In this document: in pieces, positions 9,864-18,631 of the stretch
Numbering within the stretch: the first letter of the stretch is position 1
Layout: each line of letters opens with the position of its first letter
Assembly: GCA_965206075.1 (NCBI GenBank)
Contig: CBDBIS010000001.1
Location: forward strand, 12,928-76,927
Direction: 5' to 3'
Length of the DNA: 64,000 nt
From: Alphaproteobacteria bacterium
GTDB lineage: Bacteria; Pseudomonadota; Alphaproteobacteria; Bin95
The notes under the pieces: generated by a model
What the model saw: only the letters and a program-made list of their open reading frames with translations
Database searches by the model: none
Told to the model about the DNA's origin: nothing
Made by a program: the position numbers and the translations under genes

Positions 9864-11047
9864 CAGGCGGCGGTGAGCACCCTGAGGCCCCGGTCGAGGC
9901 CGTCGATAGAGAGCGGGAACATGCGGTTGGCCATGACCTCCTTGACGATCATCGTCGAGGGCGTGTGGTCCCAGCGGGTCTCGGGGCGCGGGTTCAGCCA
10001 GATCGAATTCGGCCACTGGTCCAGCATGCGCTGCGCCCAGAGCAGGCCCGGTTCCTCGTTCCAGTGCTCCACGGAGCCGCCCTTGTAGGTGATCTCGTAG
10101 GGACTCATGAAAGCGTCGCCGACGAAGATCACCTTGTAGTCCTTGGGATAGGTGTTGATGACATCCCAGGTCGGCGTGCGCTGCTCGTGCCGCCGGCGGT
10201 TGTCCCGCCACATATATTCGTAAGTGAAGTTGTGGAAATAGTAGTATTCGAGATGCTTGAACTCGGTACGCGCGGCCGAGAACAGCTCTTCGCAGACCCG
10301 GATATGGTCGTCCATCGAGCCGCCGACATCGAAGAACATCAGCACCTTGACGCGGTTGCGGCGCTCCGGGCGCATGACGATGTCGAGCAGCCCGCCATTA
10401 TGCGCGGTGCTGCGGATCGTTTCGTCGAGGTCGAGCTCGTCGTCCTCGCCCACCCGCGCGAACTCCCGCAGCCGCCTGAGCGCAAGCTGGATGTTGCGGA
10501 TGCCGATCTGGACGTCGTCGTCGTAGTTCTTGTATTCGCGCTTGTCCCATACCTTGAGCGCGCGGCCCTGCCGGCGGCGGCGCTGGCCGATGGCGACGCC
10601 TTCGGGGTTGTAGCCGCCCGTGCCGTAAGGCGAGGTCCCGGCGGTGCCGATCCAGCGGTTCCCGCCCTGATGACGCTCCTTCTGTTCCTCCAGCCGCTTG
10701 CGAAGCTCCTCCATGAGCTTCTCCCAGCCGCCCATGGCCTCGATGGCCGCCTTGTCCTCCTCGCTGAAATACTTCTCCGCCTGGAGCAACAGCCATTCTT
10801 CGGGAATGTCGTCACCGAATAGCGTCGCCGTCAGTTCTTCCACGCCCTTGAAGAACGTGCCGAACACGCGATCGTAGCGGTCGAAATATTTCTCGTCCTT
10901 CACCAGCGCAGAACGGGAGAGATAGTAGAAATCGTCGATATTGTACATCACGAGGCGCTTGTCCATCGCCTCGATCAGCATGAGGAACTCGCGGATCGTC
11001 GCCGGGATCTTCGCCTTCTTTACGTCGAAGAAGAAGTTGATGAGCAT
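9863..11047 (-). CDS. VWA domain protein, CoxE-like (partner of the MoxR ATPase)
   Basis: C-terminal VWA with MIDAS DxSGS (FFDVGGSMDDH). Start ATG overlaps the MoxR stop (ATGA). Confidence 0.85.
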   Translation of the reverse strand: MLINFFFDVKKAKIPATIREFLMLIEAMDKRLVMYNIDDFYYLSRSALVKDEKYFDRYDRVFGTFFKGVEELTATLFGDDIPEEWLLLQAEKYFSEEDKAAIEAMGGWEKLMEELRKRLEEQKERHQGGNRWIGTAGTSPYGTGGYNPEGVAIGQRRRRQGRALKVWDKREYKNYDDDVQIGIRNIQLALRRLREFARVGEDDELDLDETIRSTAHNGGLLDIVMRPERRNRVKVLMFFDVGGSMDDHIRVCEELFSAARTEFKHLEYYYFHNFTYEYMWRDNRRRHEQRTPTWDVINTYPKDYKVIFVGDAFMSPYEITYKGGSVEHWNEEPGLLWAQRMLDQWPNSIWLNPRPETRWDHTPSTMIVKEVMANRMFPLSIDGLDRGLRVLTAA

Positions 11048-11901
11048 CAGCGGCCCTCGCGTCTCGCCATGAAGATCAGGCGCTCGAACAGATGCACGTC
11101 CTGCTCGTTCTTCAACAGCGCGCCATAGAGCGGCGGGATGGACTTGTTGCCGTCCTTGCCGCGCAGGACCTCGGGCGGGATATCCTCCGCCATCAGCAGC
11201 TTCAGCCAGTCCAGGAGCTCGGAGGTGGAAGGCTTCTTCTTCAGGCCCGGAACCTCGCGCATCTGGAAGAAGGCTTCCATCGATTCCTTCACCAGATCCT
11301 TCTTGATGCCCGGATAGTGGACATCGACGATCTCCTGCATCGTCTCGGGGTCCGGGAAGCGGATATAGTGGAAGAAGCAGCGGCGCAGGAAAGCGTCCGG
11401 AAGCTCCTTTTCGTTGTTCGAGGTGATGATGACGATCGGGCGTACCTTCGCCTTGATCGTCTCCCCGGTTTCGTAAACGAAGAACTCCATGCGGTCGAGT
11501 TCCTGCAACAGATCGTTCGGGAACTCGATATCCGCCTTGTCGATCTCGTCGATCAGCAGGACGATCTTCTCGTCCGAAGTGAAGGCGTCCCAGAGCTTGC
11601 CGCGGTCGATATAGTTGGCGATGTCCTTCACCCGCTCATCGCCTAGCTGGCTGTCCCGCAGGCGCGACACCGCGTCATACTCGTACAGGCCGTGCTGGGC
11701 CTTGGTGGTGGACTTGATGTGCCAGGTGATGAGCCGCATGCCGAGCGCCGAGGCGACTTCCTCCGCGAGCATGGTCTTGCCGGTGCCGGGCTCTCCCTTG
11801 ACCAGCAGCGGCCGCTCCAGGGTGATGGAGGCGTTGACCGCCAGCATCAGGTCTTCGGTGGCCACATAGCTGTCGGTGCCGGTGAAACGCATCTCGCTCA
11901 T
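11047..11901 (-). CDS. MoxR-family AAA+ ATPase (CoxD-like)
   Basis: Walker A GEPGTGKT and Walker B LLIDEIDK. Start refined to MSEMRFTGTDSY. Confidence 0.88.
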   Translation of the reverse strand: MSEMRFTGTDSYVATEDLMLAVNASITLERPLLVKGEPGTGKTMLAEEVASALGMRLITWHIKSTTKAQHGLYEYDAVSRLRDSQLGDERVKDIANYIDRGKLWDAFTSDEKIVLLIDEIDKADIEFPNDLLQELDRMEFFVYETGETIKAKVRPIVIITSNNEKELPDAFLRRCFFHYIRFPDPETMQEIVDVHYPGIKKDLVKESMEAFFQMREVPGLKKKPSTSELLDWLKLLMAEDIPPEVLRGKDGNKSIPPLYGALLKNEQDVHLFERLIFMARREGR

Positions 11902-12082
11902 GGGGGCGCCTGTTTCCTCGTGTCTTGTCGCTCTCGCGGTCGGGCGGACCTTAAAGACGGTCTCGGTTCCAATCAAGGCGCGGCGCGGTGACGCGGGAGG
12001 GCGTCGCCCGGGGCCGGCCGGCGTTGAACGCTCCGCCCCGGTCGGCTAGAACCGGGCGGACGACAAGGGGAGGGTCCGGGCC

Positions 12083-12274
12083 GTGTGGGACAACGGGGTC
12101 GGCAAATATCTCTACGGGATGACGATGATCCTCTGCGCGGCGGGCTTCCTGTTCGTGGCGAGCCGGATGCACGGCGCGATGGAGTGGATCGCCTGGGCCG
12201 GCTTCCTCGGCTGCACGGCCTTCGTCTACTGGCTGATCGCGCACCACACGCGCGCGCCGCGCGGCAGGCACTGA
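12083..12274 (+). CDS. Small two-TM membrane protein (hypothetical; GTG start)
   Basis: 63-aa hydrophobic ORF with an AAGGGGAGGG purine tract ~10 nt upstream. No homology recognised. Confidence 0.3.
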   Translation: MWDNGVGKYLYGMTMILCAAGFLFVASRMHGAMEWIAWAGFLGCTAFVYWLIAHHTRAPRGRH

Positions 12275-12308
12275 GGCGGGCAGCGCGCCGATTGCGGGTT
12301 GGCCGCGG

Positions 12309-13181
12309 TTACGTTCCGTCGCCAACGCGGTGGCCGCCAGCTTTCGTGTAGCGACTGCCTTCCGGCCCGTATTCGGCAATCAGTCGGGCAATCATCTCGC
12401 GGTCGATGCCTTCGAATGAAGGCATACAGCCGCCCGGCTGCGGTACAACCCAGCGGCCTCCGCGCTCATCCACTCGCGAAATCACGACGAGCCCGTCGGA
12501 AGCGACCTGCAGCTGCCCGTAACGTCTTTCCGGAAGGGCGTCCAGGATCAGATGGGCTTCTCCGATGCTGGCCCGAAGTTCAGTACCCATGTTCTCCAGT
12601 GAGATATCGAAAGTCGCGTCATAGGTGTCTTCATCCCGCGCCCGGGCGAAGTGCCAGTTGCGCGATATCTCCTCCAGGAGCGACTGCGGACTGAAATCGG
12701 GGTCTTTGCCCGGCGCGGCGCACGCGCTCCTCCAAAGCGGAAGCACATGCCGGTCCAGCATCCACAGATCGATGAAGTCTCGCACGACCATGCGGTTGCC
12801 GGCGGCCAGCGCCTTGTTGACTGCCAGATCGGCGAAATGCAGGCGGAACCCGAACAACTCATCGGGAACGGGCCGATAGAATTCCCGGCTCAGCCCGTGA
12901 GTCCATTGCAGGACCGTCCTGCCGGCCGCCGGTTTGGATACGATACATTCCCTGAAACCGTCGCGGAGCCGTCCGGGAGAAACCGTGTAGCCGGCGCTTT
13001 CGAGCGTCGCGATGTCCCGCTCGGCAATGTCTTCCAGGTCCCAGCCTGTGAAGATGTCCTGATCGTTGCTCAGCCTGAAGCCGTGCTGTTGAATTACCGC
13101 GCCGCCGGCGAATGGACTCCCGGGGTCCCTGTTGGCGCTGAGAACGGCGGCGATGGCCTTCTGGAAATCATCGAGCGGCAT
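12309..13181 (-). CDS. Nucleotidyltransferase of the AbiEii/AbiGii (DUF1814) toxin family
   Basis: hGG-x8-RxSxDxDh motif (FAGGAVIQQHGFRLSNDQDIF). Second conserved block LAVNKALAAGNRMVVRDFIDLWML matches the AbiEii EK..A..R...RDlyDL signature. Confidence 0.65.
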   Translation of the reverse strand: MPLDDFQKAIAAVLSANRDPGSPFAGGAVIQQHGFRLSNDQDIFTGWDLEDIAERDIATLESAGYTVSPGRLRDGFRECIVSKPAAGRTVLQWTHGLSREFYRPVPDELFGFRLHFADLAVNKALAAGNRMVVRDFIDLWMLDRHVLPLWRSACAAPGKDPDFSPQSLLEEISRNWHFARARDEDTYDATFDISLENMGTELRASIGEAHLILDALPERRYGQLQVASDGLVVISRVDERGGRWVVPQPGGCMPSFEGIDREMIARLIAEYGPEGSRYTKAGGHRVGDGT

Positions 13182-13464
13182 CGCCGCTCTGCCGTTCGAC
13201 TTCGCGGAGGATAGCGGCCGCCAGGTGAGCGGCTTCACGGTCGCCGTAGAGGCGTAGTGACCGCGCTACCCCGCGCATCGCATTCAGCGTTGCGTCGCCC
13301 CGCCTGTTCCAGAGGGCCCGCAAGTCATACCTGTCCCATGCTTCCTTCCGGAGTGCCATCAGCCTGTCGCCGATATCGTCGTATTTCAGCGTCCGGCCCT
13401 GCTGCGCAGCACGCTCTTCGGCACGGCACGCAAAGCGTCCGTCAATGTCGGCAGCGGTTGTCAT
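13168..13464 (-). CDS. Small helical protein overlapping the AbiEii gene start by 14 nt; candidate cognate antitoxin/partner (hypothetical)
   Basis: 98-aa ORF (63 aa if the internal Met is used). Plausible CTGACA-17bp-TAGTCT promoter immediately upstream. No recognisable domain. Confidence 0.4.
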   Translation of the reverse strand: MTTAADIDGRFACRAEERAAQQGRTLKYDDIGDRLMALRKEAWDRYDLRALWNRRGDATLNAMRGVARSLRLYGDREAAHLAAAILREVERQSGDAAR

Positions 13465-13580
13465 ATCGCTTCATCCGGCATGAGCCGCCAGACTATATGA
13501 GGCTTCAAGAGATGTCAGCGCAGGCGTCCCGGTCGAAGGGGCTGCTTCTCCCTGAAAAATTTCGCTTGGCGGCGCTGCAC

Positions 13581-13994
13581 TCAGGGCGATTTGCGCGGAT
13601 CGCCGCCGGGCGCGCCCAGGCTGTCGATAATCGGGCAGTCCGGCCGGTCGTCGCCCCGGCAGGCATCGACGAGATGAGCGAGCTCGTCGTGCAGCGACTG
13701 GAGTTCGCGCTGCTTCTTCGCAATGTCCTCCAGGCGCGCCGTTGCGATGCGCTTGACGTCCGCGCTGGAGCGCCGGCGGTCCTCGTAGAGGCCGAGCAGC
13801 TCCCGGCATTCCGAGATCGAAAACCCGAACTCCCGCGCCCGGCGCACGAAGATGAGCTTCCGCACCGAGGCGCCGTCATAGCTCCGGTAGCCCGATTCCG
13901 ACCGCGCCGGGGCGGGCACCAGTCCGATATCGGCGTAGTAGCGCACCGTCTTGGCCGGCAGGTCTGCGGCTTTCGAGGCGGCGGAAATGTTCAT
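13581..13994 (-). CDS. cueR: MerR-family Cu(I)-responsive regulator (CueR/HmrR-like)
   Basis: N-terminal MerR HTH (AKTVRYYADIGLV). C-terminal metal-binding C-x8-C (CRGDDRPDC). Confidence 0.85.
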   Translation of the reverse strand: MNISAASKAADLPAKTVRYYADIGLVPAPARSESGYRSYDGASVRKLIFVRRAREFGFSISECRELLGLYEDRRRSSADVKRIATARLEDIAKKQRELQSLHDELAHLVDACRGDDRPDCPIIDSLGAPGGDPRKSP

Positions 13995-14006
13995 GGGCCC
14001 AGGCGC

Positions 14007-14037
14007 TTGACCTTCCAGTAACTGGAAACATTATCTT
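14007..14037 (+). promoter_or_regulatory. CueR-type operator/promoter: TTGACC - 19-bp spacer containing the perfect palindrome TTCCAGtaaCTGGAA - TATCTT
   Basis: MerR-type promoter with a 19-bp spacer. The dyad matches the CueR box consensus (CCTTCC-N7-GGAAGG). Sits between divergent cueR and the DUF4396 gene. Confidence 0.7.
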
Positions 14038-14067
14038 GCCGTTAAGGACGAGGCAAGAGGCATCGCC

Positions 14068-14514
14068 ATGGTCGCCATAGCTGCAAATTTCGCCATAGAC
14101 TGGCGCTGCCGCCACACTTGGCGGCGGGCCTCGAAGAATACGGCCTGGTGCCTGCTCGGCTGCGCCATCGGCGACCTGGGCACCATCGCCTTCTTCCAGT
14201 TCACCGGCATTCCCTGGCCGACCATGGCGATCATGATCCTCGCCATCGTGAACGGCCTGCTGACCTCCATCGCGCTGGAAACCTTCATTCTCTCCCGCCA
14301 GATGGACTTGGCGACGGCGTTCCGGACGGCCATCGGCATGTCGTTCATCTCCATGATCGCCATGGAAGCCATGATGAACGCGGTGGACTGGGCGCTGACC
14401 GGCGGCGCCGTGCTGACATGGTGGGTCGTGCCGCTCATGCTGGCTGCCGGCTTCGTCACGCCGCTTCCCTACAATTACTGGCGGCTGAAGGCGCTCGGGA
14501 AAGCCTGCCACTGA
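14068..14514 (+). CDS. DUF4396 family membrane protein (commonly Cu-regulon associated)
   Basis: Multi-TM sequence with the characteristic C-rich N-terminus. Lies downstream of the CueR-box promoter. Confidence 0.78.
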   Translation: MVAIAANFAIDWRCRHTWRRASKNTAWCLLGCAIGDLGTIAFFQFTGIPWPTMAIMILAIVNGLLTSIALETFILSRQMDLATAFRTAIGMSFISMIAMEAMMNAVDWALTGGAVLTWWVVPLMLAAGFVTPLPYNYWRLKALGKACH

Positions 14515-14527
14515 GGGCGGCGGGCCC

Positions 14528-14962
14528 GTGAGACACGCTCTTGCGCTCCTCGCGTTTCTGGTTCCGGCGGCTGGGTTCGCCGGCCACGAATTGGACGACC
14601 GCGACCTGGAAAACGGGCAGGCGCTCTATGCCGAACACTGCGCCTCCTGCCACGGGGCGAAGCTGGAGGGCCAGCCCGATTGGCGGCAGCCCGGTCCGGA
14701 CGGCGTCTTTCCCGCGCCGCCCCACGATGCGACGGGCCACACCTGGCACCACGACAACCAGCTACTGTTCGACTACACGAAACTCGGCGGCGAAGCGCTG
14801 TTCGCGACGCGCGGCATCCGTGGGCCGAAGAGCGGAATGCAGGGGTTTGCGGATGTGCTGAGCGATGACGGCATCTGGGACATTCTCGCCTATATCCGCT
14901 CCACATGGCCGGAGCGGGTCAAGGAAGTGCAGGCCGCGAGGAATCCGCCCCACAACCGGTAG
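14528..14962 (+). CDS. Periplasmic c-type cytochrome
   Basis: Signal peptide plus haem-binding CASCH motif. Confidence 0.8.
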   Translation: MRHALALLAFLVPAAGFAGHELDDRDLENGQALYAEHCASCHGAKLEGQPDWRQPGPDGVFPAPPHDATGHTWHHDNQLLFDYTKLGGEALFATRGIRGPKSGMQGFADVLSDDGIWDILAYIRSTWPERVKEVQAARNPPHNR

Positions 14963-15058
14963 CCGCCTTCTGTCGCCGGATGCCGCGCAAGGCTTCGCTT
15001 GAAGGGAAATTCCCGCCGCGCTATCCAGAAAGAGGGCGAAACAGCGAGGCAATCTTCC

Positions 15059-15829
15059 ATGACCGGCACGCCGGGCTACTTCCAGGGCAAGACCATCGTC
15101 ATCACCGGGGCTGCGAGCGGCATCGGCCGTGCGACCGCGCAGATCTTCACCCGCGAGGGCGCCAATGTCGTCGCCTGCGACATCGACGATGAAGGCAACG
15201 AGAACACGGTGGAGATCATCCGCCAGACCGGGGGCCGGGCGCTTGCCGTCGCGACCGACGTAACCCGGCGGGAGGATGTCGATGCCGCGGTTGCGGAGGC
15301 CATCCGGGAGTTCGGCCGGATCGACTTCATGTTCAACTGCGCGGGCGCGGCGGTGCGCCGATCCGCCTTTCTCGATATCGACGACGATCTCTGGCGGCGC
15401 ACCTGGGCGATCAATGTGGACGGCGTGCTTTACGGCATGCAGGCGGTGCTGCCGCACATGCTGGAGAACGGCCGGGGCGTGATCGTGAATGTCGCCTCCA
15501 TGTCCCACAAGCGCGGCGGGCCCGGCACCTCGGTGCACTATGCCTCGGCGAAGGGAGCGGTACTGACCATGTCGCTCGGCGTGGCCAGGGAGTTCGCAAG
15601 CCGCGGCATACGCTGCCTGTCGATCTCGCCGGGTCCCGTCGAGACGCCGTTCCAGGCCGCGGCCGCGACGACGCCCGACACGATGGCGACCTTCCTCTCG
15701 GACGTGCCGATGGGCCGCTTCGGCAAGCCGGAGGAGATCGGCGAGCTCGTGCTCTTCATGTGCTCCGACGCCTGCGAGTTCATGACCGCCGACACCGTCT
15801 ATGTGAACGGCGGCGGCGGCTGGCGGTAA
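15059..15829 (+). CDS. SDR family oxidoreductase
   Basis: TGAASGIG Rossmann motif and S...Y...K catalytic triad region (YASAKGAV). Start refined to MTGTPGYF. Confidence 0.88.
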   Translation: MTGTPGYFQGKTIVITGAASGIGRATAQIFTREGANVVACDIDDEGNENTVEIIRQTGGRALAVATDVTRREDVDAAVAEAIREFGRIDFMFNCAGAAVRRSAFLDIDDDLWRRTWAINVDGVLYGMQAVLPHMLENGRGVIVNVASMSHKRGGPGTSVHYASAKGAVLTMSLGVAREFASRGIRCLSISPGPVETPFQAAAATTPDTMATFLSDVPMGRFGKPEEIGELVLFMCSDACEFMTADTVYVNGGGGWR

Positions 15830-15835
15830 GACCGC

Positions 15836-16402
15836 CTACTGCCCGAAGCGGTTTTCGGGGTCGGCGGCGAAGGCTTCCTCCTCGGGCGTCGACGGGCGGC
15901 CGAGGACGGCGTTGCGGTGCGGGAAGCGCCCGAAGCGGCGGATGATGTCGCGGTGCTTGCGGCCGTATTCGCCGCTGCCGGCCCCGCCATAGGCATCGAA
16001 CAGGCGGACCGCGAGCTCCTGGTCGGCAAGCGACTCGCTGTGCTCCAGCGGCAGGTAGAGGAATGTGCGCAGCGTGGCCGGCAGGGCCCGGTCGAAGCCG
16101 CGCGCCACCGCGAAATGCGCAAGCTCGCAGGCGCGCGGGTCGCCTGCAAACGCCCGCGCCGTTCCCCGGTAGATATTTCGGGGGAACTGGTCGAGCAGCA
16201 GGATGAGCGCGAGGCAGGACCGCGGCCGCCAGCGCCAATCCTCGAAGCCGCCGGCGATGGCCTCTTCGACCGCAGGCTCGAACCGCCGGCAAAGCTCGTC
16301 GAACGCCGGCCCGCCCTTGAACCAGACCTCGCGCTGCCAGCCGAAATCGGGGGCGTCGGGCGGCCCGAACCAGAACTCGAACACGGCATCCGGGTCCGTC
16401 AT
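15836..16402 (-). CDS. DUF924 family protein
   Basis: Conserved DQFPRN...RFPHRN motifs. Start refined to MTDPDAV. Confidence 0.75.
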   Translation of the reverse strand: MTDPDAVFEFWFGPPDAPDFGWQREVWFKGGPAFDELCRRFEPAVEEAIAGGFEDWRWRPRSCLALILLLDQFPRNIYRGTARAFAGDPRACELAHFAVARGFDRALPATLRTFLYLPLEHSESLADQELAVRLFDAYGGAGSGEYGRKHRDIIRRFGRFPHRNAVLGRPSTPEEEAFAADPENRFGQ

Positions 16403-17358
16403 GCTATCAGTCCTTTCTCCTGCAGTATTCGGTCGAGGCCGCCGGGGTCGCGCCATTCGATATTGACGGGCACGGTCTCCACCGCGCCGCGTATGTCCGC
16501 CGGCAGGCGCACGGCGTCCTTCTCCGTCGTGACGCATCTTGCGCCGAGTGCTGCCGCCCGCTCCAGCAGCGCCATTGCCTCCTCCGGCCGGTAGGCGTGA
16601 TGGTCCGGGAAGGCGCGGAAATCGACCAGCCGCGCGCCCAGCTCCTGCAGCGTCTCGGCGAATTTGCCCGGCCGGCCGATGCCGGCGAAGCCGAACACCG
16701 CCTCGCCCGCGAGCCGCTCGCTGCCCGGCGCCGGTATGAGACGCGCCTCCAGACGGGGCAGGCCGTTCGGCAGGACGCAACGGGGGTGGCCCACCACGAC
16801 GAGGGCGTCGGCGCGTGCATGGGCGGCCCCGGCGGGCTCGCGCAACGGGCCCGCGGGAAAGACGCGCCCGTTGCCGTAGCCGACCGCGCCGTCGGCCACC
16901 AGGATCGCCGCGTCCTTGGCGAGGCTTCCGTTCTGGAAGCCGTCGTCCATCACGATGACGGTAGCGCCCGCCTCGGCAGCGGCGAGCGCGCCGGCAGGGC
17001 GGTTGCGCGCAACCCAGGCCGGGGCGGCGCGGGCGAGCAGCAGCGGTTCGTCGCCGACATCGCCCGCGCCATGCGCCGCCGGATCGACCTGCACCGGGCC
17101 GCGTTTGCGTCCCCCATAGCCGCGCGAGAGGAAGTGCGGGCGGTGCCCGGCGGCGGCGAGGCGTTCGGCGACGGCCAGCGCAACCGGTGTCTTGCCGGCC
17201 CCGCCCAGCACGGCATTGCCGATGCAGACGACCGGCGCCGGCGCCCGGCGGGCCTTGCCGCGCCCGGGCCGCGAAAGCAGCGCGTAGAGCCGGCCGACGG
17301 GGGCGAGCAGCCGGCCTTGCAGCGCGCCCGCATCGTTCCAGAAGGCGGGCGGGCGCAC
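16399..17358 (-). CDS. lpxK: Tetraacyldisaccharide 4'-kinase
   Basis: PAFW N-terminus and Walker A GNAVLGGAGKTP. Start assigned to GTG (VRPPAFW), overlapping the waaA stop. Confidence 0.83.
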   Translation of the reverse strand: MRPPAFWNDAGALQGRLLAPVGRLYALLSRPGRGKARRAPAPVVCIGNAVLGGAGKTPVALAVAERLAAAGHRPHFLSRGYGGRKRGPVQVDPAAHGAGDVGDEPLLLARAAPAWVARNRPAGALAAAEAGATVIVMDDGFQNGSLAKDAAILVADGAVGYGNGRVFPAGPLREPAGAAHARADALVVVGHPRCVLPNGLPRLEARLIPAPGSERLAGEAVFGFAGIGRPGKFAETLQELGARLVDFRAFPDHHAYRPEEAMALLERAAALGARCVTTEKDAVRLPADIRGAVETVPVNIEWRDPGGLDRILQEKGLIA

Positions 17359-17362
17359 AGGC

Positions 17363-18631
17363 TCAGATGCGGGCGAGCAGCGGCGAGAGCGCGCCCAGCA
17401 CCTCGTCCAGCACGCCTCCGCGGGCGTTGGCCACCGCCGCCGCGCGGGCCGCCTGCAAGCGCCGCGCTTCGCTGTCGGAAAGCAGCTGGCCAATGGCAGC
17501 CACCAGCTCGTCCCGGTCCGCAACCCGGCGCGCACCGCCCGCCGCCGCCAGCTCAGCCACGATCTCGGTGAAGTTGAACATGTGCGGCCCATAAACGAGA
17601 GCCGCGCCCAACCGCGCCGGTTCGAGAGGATTCTGTCCGCCATGCGGCACCAGCGAGCCGCCGACGAACACCGCTTCGGCAACGCGGTAGAACAGCCCGA
17701 GTTCGTCCAAGGTGTCGATGAGGTAAACCTCGGTCGCCGCACCCGGCAGCTCCCCGCGCGAGCGCCTTGCGACGGCCAGACCGTTCTTGGCCGAAAGCAG
17801 GGCTTCGATCTCGGCGCCGCGTTCGGGATGGCGGGGCGCCAGCAGGGTCAGGACGCCGGCATGGTTGTGCCGGAGCGCCTCATGCGCGTGGGCGACCTGT
17901 ACTTCTTCGCCGGGATGGGTGGAGGCGGCGAGCCAGACCGGCCGGTCGGCGACGGAGTCCAATACGGCTTCGAGCGCCGCTTCGTCGGCGCCGAGCGGCG
18001 GGGCGGCGTATTTCAGGTTGCCGGGAATACGGACGGGGTCGGCGCCCAGCAGGCGGAAGCGCGCTGCGTGCTCGGCGTCCTGCGCGAGCGTTACCTCGAA
18101 CGAGCCGAGCAACCGGCGCGCAAAGCGCGGGAACCGCTGCCAGCGACGGAAGGAAGCGGGCGACATGCGGGCGTTCAGAAGCGCAGCCGGCACGCTTTGC
18201 GCGCGGAGCTCGTGAAGCATGTTGGGCCAGAGTTCGGACTCGATCCAGAGCGCAAGGTCCGGGCGCCAGTGCTTCAGGAAGCGGCGCACCCAGGCCGTCC
18301 TGTCCATGGGATAGTACTGGTGGATGACGCCGGGCGGCAGCCGCCGCGCCAGCAGGGTAGCGGCGGTGCGGGTGACGGAGGTCGCGAGCACCGCTGCATC
18401 CGGCCGGGCGGCGATGAGCCTGTCGATCAGCGGCAGGACCGAGGCGGTCTCGCCGATACTCGCGCCGTGGAACCATACCAGCGGGCCGTCGGGCCGGGCC
18501 GCGCCGGCGATGCCCCGCCGCTCGGGCAGGCGTAGCGGGTCTTCCCGGCCGCGCCGCCGGCGGTGGGCGACATAGAACGGCAGGACGGGCGCCAGCAGGC
18601 CGGTCGCCGCCCTGTAGGCGAGATGCATCAT
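17363..18631 (-). CDS. waaA: 3-deoxy-D-manno-octulosonic acid transferase
   Basis: KdtA/WaaA glycosyltransferase family sequence (WFHGASIGE...). Start at MMHLAYRAATG. Confidence 0.86.
   Translation of the reverse strand: MMHLAYRAATGLLAPVLPFYVAHRRRRGREDPLRLPERRGIAGAARPDGPLVWFHGASIGETASVLPLIDRLIAARPDAAVLATSVTRTAATLLARRLPPGVIHQYYPMDRTAWVRRFLKHWRPDLALWIESELWPNMLHELRAQSVPAALLNARMSPASFRRWQRFPRFARRLLGSFEVTLAQDAEHAARFRLLGADPVRIPGNLKYAAPPLGADEAALEAVLDSVADRPVWLAASTHPGEEVQVAHAHEALRHNHAGVLTLLAPRHPERGAEIEALLSAKNGLAVARRSRGELPGAATEVYLIDTLDELGLFYRVAEAVFVGGSLVPHGGQNPLEPARLGAALVYGPHMFNFTEIVAELAAAGGARRVADRDELVAAIGQLLSDSEARRLQAARAAAVANARGGVLDEVLGALSPLLARI

Noticed and set aside
9863-11976. MoxR-VWA operon as a NTPase-dependent 'ternary' conflict system coupled to the AbiEii gene
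   Set aside because: The VWA protein is CoxE-like and translationally coupled to a copper chaperone in a Cu regulon. The AbiEii module is separated by an opposite-strand ORF and its own promoter. A housekeeping metallochaperone role is the more parsimonious reading.
12085-12351. 88-aa ORF overlapping the small membrane ORF in another frame
   Set aside because: Arg/Asp-rich junk frame. The alternative frame gives a coherent two-TM hydrophobic peptide with an upstream purine-rich RBS.
13257-14021. 254-aa ORF on + strand
   Set aside because: Antisense to cueR, which has a clear MerR HTH and CueR-type promoter.
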